Counted from the first letter of the whole stretch, positions 31,901 to 45,177 are shown. The stretch: 62,774 nt of DNA, filler included, from Choristocarpus tenellus KU-1152 (GCA_964200185.2; 11 parts of 11 records of this genome joined end to end with filler, not necessarily neighbours in it), one strand, 5' to 3'. A program made the numbers and translations. The notes: generated by a model not told the origin, from the letters alone.

Positions 31901-33054
31901 TTGCTGTCAGTGTTCTTAGCAGTGTTCTTAGCAGTGTTCTCAGATAATGTGGTGTGGTGCCCTTGCAAGAAGTCCCTCCCTCGTGCGGAGTAGATGCGCT
32001 TTTATTGCTGAGAAGGTGTCTTGTTCTTTCCTTCTGTAGCATTATTAGTCTGTGGCAGACCCACCCTCTTTTTCAGTGCTTGATGACTAGATATGAGTTT
32101 GGCTCAGCTATGTGAAGTGGTTGTTGTGCTCTGATGCTGCTGGTAGTTTGTTTTGGGGTGGAGGTTCAGGTGAAAGGACAAAGGAGTCAGTGTGGTGAAT
32201 TTTTTTGCTCTGTACAGGTAGCATTGATGTGTTTCACTGTGTCGACCTTGAAAACCACACATCAAGTTCGAGGATTGTTTCCTACTCAGAGGGTATTGTG
32301 GGAGAAGGGGAAGGTTATACTGTACAGCGGTACAGCGTTGGAGACATTGTGGAGTAGACTTCAGGTGCCATGATAAGCTAATGTTTTGACTTTTGGTGAT
32401 GCTATTTTTTTCTTGACTTATGATCCTTGCGACATGTGTGATTTTGATTGTATTCTGTTCATGTGATATTCTTTGTTATCACTTTTTCCTCCCTTGAATA
32501 CCATATCATGATGAGTGATGACTTCCACGAAGAATTTCATGAATGCTATAAAATTTCATAGATGTCATTTATTTGATATTGTGGGAAGATAATGCAGAAG
32601 ATATACATGTGTGGTTTGCTTTGAAAGTCTACTGCAAAAAGGTTTTATCTGAAAAACCTTTTGCAGTATGTACGCCCTTCAATGTGGTTATCATACAGTT
32701 GGGATGATGCATAAAAGGAGCTATCCTGTTTTGTAGGACTTGGACCTTGACTTACCATTCAACCAACTCAGCCCCTTGATATTGTGTGGGAATCTTCATT
32801 TGGTTTTTATACTCCTACATTACCGACTGCAGTGCCACATTATTTCTGAAGTGTAGTATGTGTTCACTTACCCCCCCCTTCTCCCTTCCCCATTGATATG
32901 CACCCCACAGCCGGAGGTTCACAGCATGTGTACTGTGCATAATGATCGTGCTGTTGCTGCCAAGCTGATGGCTTTGTCTGGGGGCTGGGGCGGCAGGGGT
33001 CAGGGACTAGGGCTGCTGGCATGTGTTATGGGTACTGTAGAGGGAGAAGAGGAG
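28905..33054 (+). CDS. HUWE1/TOM1/UPL1-like HECT E3 ligase, N-terminal (DUF908) fragment. Exons <28905-29058, 29690-29794, 32911-33054
   Basis: LCALRFSVTVLSNCVNKHVFNSSE | HVLALLAARDDDVAEAALRCL | KLMALSGGWGGRGQGLGLLAC. Phase-0 GT-AG introns. Confidence 0.82.
30093..30321. repeat. Tandem duplication of a 115-bp unit inside an intron
   Basis: 30093-30207 and 30208-30321 differ by one substitution and one indel. Confidence 0.95.
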
Positions 33055-34157
33055 GTGAGGCATTGTGGACATGAACGTGGGGGGTGGAGGCATGTTACGT
33101 ACAAGTAGAATATATTTATAAAGAAATGGATTGCCAACCATCGGAGTGTTCTGCAAATAGTTGAGTCAAAACATCTCCTCCAGGCTGTGCTATGATAGAA
33201 GTCATGTTCAAGTAACCTTACACAAGAATTGTTGTTGCATACTTGGATAATATTATATTCTGGGCAGTATTTTTGGGCTTTGATAAATGCAAATGTTTTG
33301 ATGATAAAAGTAAAAAAATAACCTTGTGCGTACTGTTTTTTAAATGAAAGTATTGTTATAGGGCTACAGCAAACACAATGGATTGTTTCTTTTTCCTGGT
33401 GTGTTTCATCATTATTTTGTGTACGTGTACTCTATAATAATATGTAAATAACTTGGATGCCATGCCAAAATCTTGCTTGTGGCACTAGTTTGGAAAATAT
33501 TTGTAGTAGGAAAGCTAGACTTCTCACTACACTTTGAAACCCTCGCCCTCCACCCCCCCCCATGCCCCTATAGGGAGCTGGAACCTCAGTAGAAAGAGNN
33601 NNNNNNNNNNNNNNNNNNNNNNNNNNNNNNNNNNNNNNNNNNTTAATTAATTAANNNNNNNNNNNNNNNNNNNNNNNNNNNNNNNNNNNNNNNNNNNNAC
33701 AGAAGGCGTCTGTAGTGGGAGTTGGAGTTTTTTTTTTTTGTGGAAGAGTGATGGGGAAGGACGTGGTTCCTCTCCTCTTTGCTGTGGAGTTGTTAACGAC
33801 ATTGATTGAATAGGATGTTGTTGAAGTTAGTTTGGTGGTTGGAATGCTCTTGTGACTGCTGCTGCTGCTGTGTTGGGTTGTAGAGTGCTGCCTATGCTTA
33901 CTCATCATGTATATATATATATATATATATATATATTTTTTTGTAAAAAGATACGAGGAGTGTGTTTTTGGAAAATATTTTTGTTTTTTTGCTCTTTTGT
34001 TAATTCACCAGTTACATATTGATACTTCCACATATGATACAGTCAAGCACACACACGTGCATATATATATACATACATACATACACATAAACACACAATA
34101 TATATATACACAAACATACATACATACACATACATACTTAAATACACACACACACAC

Positions 34158-34202
<45 letters not shown>

Positions 34203-34280
34203 TACATACATACATACATACATACATACATACATACATACATACATACATACATACACATACATACACCTTTCTGGCAG

Positions 34281-37199
34281 GAGACAAAGCTGTCCTCTGA
34301 CCAGATCAAGTACCTGTGTGAAGAGGCTACAAGGGCACAGACGCAGGGGCAGAGGGCAGAAATCTTTGCTTGCGAAGTGGCACGTGCATCAGCAGGTGGT
34401 GGTGGTTGGTGGTTGTATTTGTTGGTGTTGGTGGTGTTGTATTTGTTGGTGGTTGGTGGGGAAGTAATTTGAGGGGGTTGTATAAATAGTGGGAAGGCAG
34501 AGGATTTATTTTATTTCTCTTCCGTCTCCTCTTTTTTCTTCAATATATATATATTTATTTATTTCTGTGTTGGAACTGCTCTGATGTTGTATTGAAATAG
34601 AATACAGTTAACACTGAGGTACGATTCGCACAAGTGCTCCTTGGCTGTTCCAATTCAGTTGATAATTGTCCCAGAGCACTACAGAGCCTCAATGGAGATG
34701 GTGTTCATAGCCCGCTGCTCCGGTTGCATGGATTGTCCATTCTCCTGTCCTCACCTTCCCCCCCCCCCCATGTCCTAGTCTCACCTTTTTCATTCAATGC
34801 CCATTTTGCTGACCTCCCACCACACACCCATTCCCCGCCCCCTCCAACACAAATGGACTAAAAAATGTGTTAATGTGTTAATGTGTGAATTGTATTACCC
34901 CTCTCTGCGTATGTACTATCAAAGCACTTGAGGATCGCCGCGTCACTGCAGACGATCTCAAATTGGCTGTCAAGCTGGCCATCGCACCAAGGGGCATCTT
35001 TATGCAGATGCCAGATGATGAGCAGATGGAGGTAAAGGTCCCCACCCTCCACCTGGTATTCCTGTGTGTGTGTGTGTGTGTATTTATGTGCATGTGTGTG
35101 TTTATGTTTTTCTGACACTGAGAGTCGCTTGTTGATAGAAGGCGTGCTTTTTCTGTAATTTGTTTGCTAACATTGGGATTTATATGTCATGTTTTTTTGT
35201 TTTTGCTGGTGTGTTTTATTTTTATTTTTAGGGGGTGATATTGCTCTTTTTTTCGTTTTTTGGGTTCGATTGGAGTGGAAAGAGCTCTTGTTTTTATTTT
35301 TTATTTTTTATAGCCTGGAACAGCTGCCTGCCCGCCTGCCAGCCTGCCTACCTGTGAGAGGACTATTTGGTATTTTTGTTCATGCTGTGGGAATTGGAAC
35401 TGAAACCTGAGTCTTCCCTTTCCTTTTTCCTGAGTTCATATCCCTGCCCCCTCAAAGTCTTTTATTTGTTTATATAGCACCCCAGTATTAGTAGAGTTAC
35501 AAACAAGTCATTTTACAGCACCCCACCTCACTCCATTATTTTTTTTGCAGATGCCGCCTCCGCCACCGCCTCCACCACCACAAAACCAACAGCAGGATGA
35601 TGATGACAAGGACACAGAGGTGACCAATTGATTGACTTGAGATACTTTGGTGATATTCACTAGTGTTGGAGATATTTTTAGCGTCCTTGGGGGGGGGGGG
35701 GGGGGGGGGTTTGGATTGAGGGGAGAATATTCCTAGGTGGTTTCTTGGTTAACTATAATGTTGTAGTTGTTACTCTATACACTTTTTAATATGAATATCT
35801 CATAAGAAAAGGTGTACCATACCGTGAAGAAATCTGTGGACTACAAAGTTTTTGATCTCCTCTGGCTGCTTTTGCTTTGCACAGGGTGGGTGGATGGATA
35901 ACAGTTTTTTTCTTAACGTTTTTTCATTGCTGATGGCCTGTCTGTTTTTATTTTAATTTTATTGGTATATTGAATTTATATGGGCAATGATGTACTCGCA
36001 GGAGGATAAGGATGATGAGCCTGAGGAGGAAGAAACACCGGAGGAGGAAGAGGATAAGGATGAGGAGGAGGCCGACAATGATGAGAGTCCTGCAGTTCCG
36101 CAGGTAGGGGATTACATCTGAGACAGTAGCTTGGCTGTCCCAGTTGGTGTGTTGTGATGGTACATTGTGTGTACCCATGGTGCTGGGGCGGTGCTACAGG
36201 GCTACAGGGCATTACTTTTACTGTTGTTGTAGTGTGTTTGCAGGTCCTATGATGATGTGCTGGGGCAAGTGTGTGTGTGTGTGCTATGAAGAATTTTGAG
36301 GGTGGGTAGCAATGTGATTGGCTTGTTGGTAGTGTGGTAGTTCAGTCGCTATTGTATGCGGCTGACCTTGACAGAAATAACACTGGTGCTAGATGAGTGC
36401 AGGAGGGGTGAGGTTGGGGAGGGGGGGTGGGTGAGAGGGAAGGCATCAAGTTGTGATAAATCCACTTTGCTTATAAGAAAATGTAGCATACTAGTCGAGT
36501 ATTGAACTCCATCAATAGGAGGTACCTGAGCTTGCCAGTGTATTTGTAGTAGATATTTGTGGTAGATATTTGTACCAGAGTGCTATATTTATAGTAGATA
36601 TTTGTAGTAGATATTTGTACCAGAGTGCTAGATGTGCGTATCTTTTTTTGTTCTATCTTGCTGCCTTATTTTTCCCCCTTTGGTTCCATGCATTCCCCTG
36701 CTCACGGCCTTTCGGTCTGTACCTACGAGGCAATTTTCCCTTTGGTGCTCCAGAGCTCTCCTTTGTTCTCTGGAGCAGCTCTGTCCCTAACATACCCCTC
36801 GCCCCTGCCCCCCCCCCCGCCCCACCTGGACTTTGGACATATACGATAGATAGGATGAAAGCGTAACAAAATTACTGTTCCCAACATAATAATAATAATA
36901 ATAATAATAGCAATAACAATAACAATAACAATATATATTTGATCCTAGCCCTAATTCCTCCTCTTGCTGTGTGTATGTTTTTTCACCATGGTGGGACATG
37001 GTCTGCATCAAACAAATCGAACATCAAAACATCAAAACATCAAATGAAGGAGTTCATGTTCGACATCGATGCCACCCCCATAGACCCAGACCTCCTTGAC
37101 TTCACTGGAAGGAACAACTTGGGCAAGTCCGGCGGGCGCGGCCTCATCTTCTCACAGGAGCGAGGGCGTTACATCAAGCCAATGATTCCTCGGGGAAAG
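34281..37199 (+). CDS. chlD: Magnesium chelatase subunit D, internal fragment. Exons 34281-34395, 34925-35031, 35551-35619, 36002-36103, 37050-37199
   Basis: QIKYLCEEATRAQTQGQRAEIFACEVARASAALE..DDLKLAVKLAIAPR, polyproline plus acidic linker, VPQEFMFDID, GRGLIFSQERGRYIKPMIPRGK. Confidence 0.96.
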
Positions 37200-37659
37200 G
37201 TGAGGGGGGGGGGGGGGGGGGGAGGGGGGGGGGGGTGGGGGGGGACCGGCGCGGTGGGTTTTTTTTTTTTTTTTNNNNNNNNNNNNNNNNNNNNNNNNNN
37301 NNNNNNNNNNNNNNNNNNTTAATTAATTAANNNNNNNNNNNNNNNNNNNNNNNNNNNNNNNNNNNNNNNNNNNNGGGGAATGCAGTAATTAAAAAAAATA
37401 AATACAAGTGGATAGTGGAGGGTAGTGTATGTGTGTATGTATGTATGTGTGTGTGTTGGAAGATACTTCGACCAGTAAGGGTTTCCTCTTTGGAAACAAA
37501 CGGCCAGAACTGATAAACTGTAATTATTTTATTTTTATACAGTTCTTGATAACATTTTGAAGAGAGCTATCAACTCATACACACTCTGAACCCACCCAAC
37601 TGCTATCAAGACTGACAAAGGGAGATCTGAAAATTTGCGTGTTTGCGCTTACAGCAGAG

Positions 37660-39381
37660 TTAGGGTTAGAGTTAGGAGCAGTAGGGTTAGGGTTAGGGTT
37701 AGGAACAGACGCCTTGAGAAAATGTCGTGTTCAACCGGGAAGTGCGACCAAGTCATGCGGTTGGAAGGTGTGTGGGGTGCGGTTAACGCCATACCAAAAC
37801 AGGCAAAACAGGCAAAACCCTAACCCTAACCCTACCAAAACAGGCAACAAGAACTAATTCATAACCCTAACCCTAAGATTGGGACACTGGCCTTATATCC
37901 AGGCTATCAAACCTTAAAATGAATTTCACCTACCCCTTCCTCTCATGAAACCCACCACTCAAAAAAAAGAGAGTAAACTTCAGTCAAAGTGTCAAAGCAA
38001 TCGTATCAAGAGGCAACGATTGCCCTTCGCTCACCATAGTAAAGTATAAAAAATGTAAAATACGCCCAGAAGGTTAACTTGATTCTTGGGCAAAATTAAA
38101 AATTAAAAAATAACAAGGAGAGCAAAATGCCTCTTGATGTCCCTTCCCAGTACACTACACCTGACAAAAAATAGTGCAGTTTCAGGACAATCAAAAATAT
38201 GAAACCATTACTGCAGTACCTAACCCTAACCCTAACCCTTTTTTTGCTGGGTACATAAGACTTGGACAAAATCTAACCCTAATCCTAATCCGGAGCACCT
38301 ACCCTAACCCTAACCCTAAACCCAACGGTGCAGTAAAAATACCATGAAGATAAGGCACTTTATACAATGACAGAAAGGACCCTAACCCTATCCCTAACCC
38401 TAACCCACTTGTGAAGGAAATGCCAACCACGGACAAGCCAAGAAACTATCTTAATACAACCCAATCACTATCTTAATACAAGCCAAGAAACTATCTTAAT
38501 ACAACCCAATCGCTATCTTAATACAAGCCAAGACACTATCTTAATACAACCCAATCTGTCGCACCTGGGCATCTCCTCTCAGCTTTAGCTTATGAGTGGC
38601 ATTGGTAAGAAATTTCTTCTGCAATCCATCCAGTTCACTTAGGGTTAACCACAGCAAAGGAGCACAGAATAGAATGACCACAACAAACAAGCCGAGTGAT
38701 CCCCATGAAGCATCCACTTCACAAGGAGTTTTTGTGCTTGACATGATGAGTACATAGTGGATGAAGGAGGGAATACCTAGGGAGGAAGACCCAGCCCAAA
38801 CTTATCCCAATTGAGGTCGTTCTTCTTGTGCACACACTGCACTATCTACACACTATCTACATAACATCTAGAAACTGTTTTGACATGATAAGGTTATTTT
38901 GTGGGTGAGTTACCTAACCCTGATGGCAAGTATTCAACCACAAAGAACTACGAAGAACTACCTTAACCCTAAATACCATCAAAGAAACTTCAACAGCATT
39001 GCTCAATCATGAGCTTGAAATATACTGGTAGCACTGTGGGTAAGGAATGAGATACTCGCAATCAAGAGGCAACCCCCCCCCAAAATTTTTTTTAACTATT
39101 GCAGGCTGTGTGCAAAGGTACCCTCTGTTCCTATCGGACAGGAGAACAAAGTCAACAGACCGTGAGATTCAAATATATCAAATAATCGCTGTCAAAACTA
39201 TTGAGTACCACTGAGAACTTGTTAGAAATACACAACTCAAACATTGAAGGAAGGCTCTCGATGAACAGCTACGTATGTGTTGATAGTCAAGACAGCCAAT
39301 GGCAATGTGTGTGTAATGGTCTCCTCACACAGGTTGAGGAGAAAACAAAAAATGCTACGAACTTTGACCCTAACCCTAACC
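37660..39381. repeat. Cluster of short interstitial telomere-type repeats, (TTAGGG)/(CCCTAA) x2-4
   Basis: TTAGGG at about 37660-37703. CCCTAA at about 37818, 37865, 38219, 38276-38322, 38380-38406 and 39368. Confidence 0.85.
38434..38556. repeat. Alternating 23/22-nt minisatellite with core ctatcttaatacaa x5
   Basis: ABABA pattern of caagccaagaaactatcttaata / caacccaatcactatcttaata. Confidence 0.92.
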
Positions 39382-41771
39382 ACTTTCTTGCTTAAGGAAC
39401 ACTACTACTTCATGCCAACTGAAAGAGTTGCAAATACAAAAAATACAAATCGTCAAACTCTTGGAGTGAAACCTTGACAATGAAAGCACCTTGGGAGTCT
39501 TTCCTCAGCAGCATATATTACAATACACTTGGAAAATACTTGGAAAAGATACACTCGACACCAAAATACATAACCTGCTCCGATGTTGCCTTTGCCTATA
39601 GACTATATAGACTAATTCCACAAGCAATGCTCCCACTCCCATCAACTGAACATATTCAAATTTATTTCAAATTGAATCCTGGGCTACAGACGACCGATGT
39701 TATCTATGCTCCTCCTATCACAAGACAACAATCCTCCAACTGTATTGCAACTCACATCATGATGCTCTGAGCTGACTTGTCAAGGGTTCGCATTAATATG
39801 TAGTTCCTCTTGACTTCATTTGGAATGTTTGATACAGACTCGAGGAAGTCCTAGGTATACGGGGCGCATGTCCCGAAGGTACGGTGTTAGGGGAATTGGA
39901 GATCAGTATGCCAAAAGGTTGTGATAAAATATCTCTCCACTTATTGCCTTGTTTGTAGGGAATTCCATGGCTGTAAATGTTGCGTGCAAGGTGGGTTAGA
40001 GGAGGTGAGACTTCACCAAGTCGTGTCCAGACCAAGTAACCCACACGTTCAACAATATTAGGGAGAGGGTCGTTCACGTGCGATGATGTGCGCAAGGATC
40101 CGGTTGGTTGATCGTGTGATTGGCCAGAAAGGGCTGCATTAGCCAGGGGGCATCGTTTGAAAGAGGATGTAAATGAAAGTGAGAAAACATCAACTTCATT
40201 GTCCCACATCAAACCATTGGAATGGCAACCCCTTACATCAAAAGAGGCGACCTTGCATTCAGAGACCATTTTTCGAGCATTAGAAGCTGGTAGACCAAGT
40301 AGCTAACTATAGGAGGTGTGAAATAGCACTATAGAAGGAACGAAAACCGAGGACATTGTAGAAGAGGTGACGAACACGACTAAATCTCGTAAGGTGAGGT
40401 CATTATCTCACAATGCAGACTCCTGAAGCTTACCATTCTTGCACACCAAGTCTAGATGCTCCGATATTCAAGAGGCATGATCATTCACATGATAAATGCG
40501 GTAGTGTTACTATGGAAACTTCCTTGAAGGCGTGCAGTGGCATTGAAACATATCGTACCAACAACAGATTAAACATGCAACAGGGCGTCTCGATTTAAAC
40601 TCTGCACCGTCCCCCCGCTTTCTCCCCCACATTCTACATATCCCGGAACCCAAGAAAATGTATGCCAAAAATATGCCACGTGAACGATGCGTATAACCTA
40701 ATTACTCGTTTAGAAAATGCCGCCCGACGAAAACGAAGGCTCAATTCGCTGCAACTCCTCCAAATAACATAGGTATCTAGTATCTAAACCAAGGTCCTCG
40801 CACATCTAACAGACCCGCCAGTCCTCCTCATCTCACGATTTAGACCTCTAATTCTCACATCAACATAGGTGGGATCCTCTTGCGTTTGTGAGCTAGGTCC
40901 ACGGTAAGCCATCCCTCTCCAGGACGAGTCAATCTCCTTTTGGAAAACAGGAAACTGGGGATAGAGGATATATTAATATTATTATTTATTGTAATAGAAG
41001 GAGTATCTCCAAAATTGAACAGAACACTCGCCATAAATATTACTTCCCCCGTTCGGAATTAAATATAATATAAACTTTCCAAAGCTTTTAAGTCCATTGT
41101 GTTTACGTTAGAAAGCTATATTTATGCCCCTTAACACTTTGCGGAAGTGTCAAGGGAAAAACCCAACCAAGGTCAAAAGCACCCCTCTGAAAGACCCCTC
41201 GTTACAGTACCTACCCCGATTTTATACCAAATATTATGTACCAAACCCATTTCTGTACCGCTTTTTTTCGACATACTAAAAAAAAGAGGCTTTTGTACCG
41301 GAATTTTCGTATTCGGGCGACTTGGTACAAACTCGGGGAGATATTCACGCGAATTTGGCGCGCGCGTAAACATTTCTCGCGAAAAGTGCCTTTCTTCCTG
41401 AGTCATGCTACCANNNNNNNNNNNNNNNNNNNNNNNNNNNNNNNNNNNNNNNNNNNNTTAATTAATTAANNNNNNNNNNNNNNNNNNNNNNNNNNNNNNN
41501 NNNNNNNNNNNNNGCACTTGCGTATTAAATTTTTTTTTCTCCCCCCCCCCCCTCCCCCCCTGTTTGTATTTTGTCTGTGTATCCTCTACTTGCTTGTGAG
41601 CAGGAGCTGCAAGACCTTTTGGCCCCAAGTGACATTTCAGTGAAGAATAAGGTGGTCTTGAGGGAGGACACCAAGAGAGGTGCGAGCAAGTGTATGTACA
41701 CGATCATACTATGTGCCAGGCACAACCTTTGACTGCGAAGTGGGGCAGAAGCGTTTGTTGTTGGTAGACAG

Positions 41772-41803
<32 letters not shown>

Positions 41804-42235
41804 GAATAATAATGACAATATTAATAGTGACAATAATAATAATGCTTTTGTTGGGGGTGTGTGTGAGGACTCTGAGTTTTTGCTGGCACTTGGAGGGCGT
41901 CTATTGTGTGTGGGTGGGTCGCACTCCCACCTCAGCCCCTCCGGTTGTGTTGATAAGAGTGTGGATCCTGCACAATCCATTGGGCAACGTTTGCCAGGTG
42001 TTGTTGGAAGGTTTGATGAAGGGGTGTCCTTCTCCTGCCTGGCAGACATGGAACCTTCAACGACGCTATTGAATTGTCCAATTCCGAGTGGAGGAAGTTG
42101 GTTACAGATGTAGGTTTTTGTTGTGATGGTTGCCAATGATTCTCACTTTCTGGCACCTTGATAGGGGGGGTTGATAGCGATGGGGACGGCAGGGGTGATC
42201 AGAGGGGGCAAGAGTTGTTTACTTTGGACAGCACG

Positions 42236-42419
42236 ACACTCGATAGTGCTATGTTATGTGTGTAACACTCGATAGTGTTATGTTATGTGTGTAACACTCG
42301 ATAGTGTTATGTTATGTGTGTAACACTCGATAGTGTTATGTTATGTGTGTAACACTCGATAGTGTTATGTTATGTGTGTAACACTCGATAGTGCTATGTT
42401 ATGTGTGTAACACTCGATA
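42236..42419. repeat. 29-nt tandem array (6.3 copies) with an internal hairpin
   Basis: Unit acactcgatagtg(t/c)tatgttatgtgtgta at 42236, 42265, 42294, 42323, 42352, 42381 and partial 42410. Confidence 0.97.
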
Positions 42420-43539
42420 TGAAGGCGTAACACTCGGGATGAAGGCATACGTCGCACGATAGCGTAGTGTCCGTACTAACCTAGTCCAAAGTGTATACAT
42501 CAATGTTGCGTAGTGCTCTGTAGCGCTCCGGGCAAAAACACACGTGCGTAACATTTAGTGTTATAATAGAGTGTTGTGGTAGTGTTGTGGGATACAAAGT
42601 GTTATCACAGTGTTACGAAAGTGTTGTTTTTTCCAAGGCGTGAAAACTTGTCAGACTGCTAATGATCATCATTGGTTGCTGATGGTGCAGGGTGCTAACC
42701 AAACCGGGTATCCCTGAATGTGGCATTGGGTTTTGAGGATCAAGGAAAGGCGTGTATGCCCAAACGGTGTCCCCGGGTACCATTCTGAAAGAGTGGAGAG
42801 ATCCTGCAGGTTGCAGTCGTGTGTGTGATTGAGGGGATCGACAATTATATTGTCCACATAGGCAGGAACTTATCAAGCATGAAATATATATTTTTAAATT
42901 GTGCACATCTAGACAGAGGGTGGAATGAATGGCGCAAATGGGAATTTATTCAAAACCAAAAAGGCGTTTTTTGTGTGCTTTTTGATGGTTTTGTTCTGCT
43001 CTGCAGAAATAGAAATAGGTGTGTACACAATCTCTGAGTAGGTTTGACTTTTTATTTTATTTTATTATTTTTTTTTATTTTTTTTTATTTTTTTACTGTA
43101 GTACACGCTTCACCTATTTTTGCTTTAATATTCTGGGAAAAGGTTCATAGCCATCTCAAAGAGGCGCTGATTTGGATTCGAATTGAATTGGTGCGGCGGA
43201 GGTAGGTTAATGCGTTGATGTGAGATCTCCTGCTTGGTCAATTGCTACTGTTGGTTGATCTTTATCCTCTGTTTGAGGGGGAAGGGTTTGTGTAAGGTGC
43301 ATGTAGTGGAGTCAGTAGAGGCAGAGACAGGAAAGTGGCAGCGATTACAAGTACATATGGGTATTGTTAAACTGTCCACTGGTGGTGTGCTTGGCATGTA
43401 TGATTTTAAATTGGACCCTTAGCAAACCGATGCACACTAGTAGTAGCTAATAAACAAGAAGCTATTCCTCTTGTTGCTGTTTAAGTAGTGCATTAAGTAG
43501 TGCATTGATTGCTCGAGGAGCCTCGGGAGACAACACTTA

Positions 43540-44031
43540 CAGTGAGTACCCGCCTCATCACATCAGTCACAGTAGCCTCACAGTTCCACCCTCTCCGGCT
43601 GTTCAGTTTTGGATTGTTGATTCTCAGCGCTTGGGCAGCATACAGGAGGACATTTGATGAAGAAATGGGAAGTTTGTAAACATAGAATGTTCATCAGCCT
43701 TTGCACTACCATAAGGACCAGGCGTTCAGAGGTTCGACCACAACCTGGTCCGGCTACAACCAAATGTTCCCAAGTTGTGGTTGGACCAGGTTCTGGTTGG
43801 ACCAGGTTCTGGTTGGGGCAGTTTCTGGTTGCGTCTCCGAGTTTTTGGTCGATTTTGGAGTGCACAGGCTGCCGATCATTGGGGGAGGTGTATAGTACCA
43901 TTTTTTTCCTGACATGTTCTCCTGTTCGGTATCCAGGCGCTGAGAAACAGCGGTCCAATAGAATTGACCAGGAGGAGAGTCTCGAACTGGGAGGTCACTG
44001 TGATTGATGTGATTAGGCAGGGTACTCATTG
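43540..44031. mobile_element. Probable ~490-bp non-autonomous TIR element
   Basis: Imperfect ~35-bp inverted repeats at 43540-43573 and 43997-44031, starting TA|CAGTG on the left. Internal ggaccaggttctggtt repeats. No right-hand TA TSD. Confidence 0.6.
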
Positions 44032-44268
44032 AGACATTCATTGTCTTCCTTGGCTCCACGATGACAATCTCGGAGGATGGAGTGCAGCCTCCAAATATAA
44101 GAACCTGTTTGCTTCACCACACTCCATTAAAAAGAAAAAAACAGCGTACTGATCGTGGAGCCAAGGAAGATAATGAATGCTGTTTTTTTCTTTTTAATGG
44201 ATTGTGGTGAGGCGAACAGGTTCTTATATTTGGAGGCTGCACTCCATCCTCCGAGATTGTCATCCCTG

Positions 44269-44312
<44 letters not shown>

Positions 44313-45177
44313 ATGGGGGGTGGTCAGCGCCCCACCGAGCACTAAAAAAAAAAAAAAAACCAGAAAAAAAATTTTGTAAAAAAAAANNNNNNNNNNNNNN
44401 NNNNNNNNNNNNNNNNNNNNNNNNNNNNNNTTAATTAATTAANNNNNNNNNNNNNNNNNNNNNNNNNNNNNNNNNNNNNNNNNNNNCAAATAACCCAAAA
44501 TCGCGACATGAAAAAATTGACCCCAAATGGACATCCGCTACCCCCTCCCAGATACTTTGGGTCCAACCAGAGTGAGGGATTATAGGCACTGGTAGTTTTT
44601 GATCTTGAGGTCTACTGTTACAGGTGAATAGCACGAGCATCTCTTCTTGTGTTCTAACAAAGTGCTAGAATTTGTTACGCGAATAGCGTGAGCATTTGTT
44701 CTCATGTTATAGCAAACACGAACATTTGTGACAGACGTATAGTGCGAGGATTGTTTCTCGCGTTCTAACAAGTGCAAACAATATACGATATTAGTAACAC
44801 ATAGGTAGCCTTACAGAATAAATGCTGATTTCGTAGAAGATACGGAGTAAGATTCGGAATGCATACGTAACATTACAGAAGAAAATATCAAGTCCCTCAG
44901 AAGTTACAGAATAAAGGTTTATGAGTGGAGTACGTGTAAACCAGTTACATAGAAGACCAAAGAAATGAGTATAATGATGAAAATAATAAGAGGGCTTTTG
45001 GTCAAAACCATCACCCTTCTTACCTTCAGTCATTTCTTGATCTTGAACGAAACTTTGAGTGGAGCTTTGAGCTAAGCCCTGAGTGGAATATCAAGAGAGA
45101 AGGATACCTAACACCCTACAAACTGTTATCAAGGGCAACGTTCCCATAACGTCGTTTTAGGGTCGTTGGGTTTGAGT

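Noticed and set aside
33907-34467. 186-aa His/Thr/Tyr-rich ORF and similar ORFs at 26636 and 51108
   Set aside because: They arise from (CA)n/(CATA)n repeats. The real coding part here is the ChlD exon in another frame.
38434-38556. Repeat-spacer pattern
   Set aside because: Spacers are 8-9 nt and only two types alternate, so this is a minisatellite.
42236-42419. CRISPR-like array (29-nt palindromic unit)
   Set aside because: Units abut with no unique spacers, there are no cas genes, and the context is eukaryotic.
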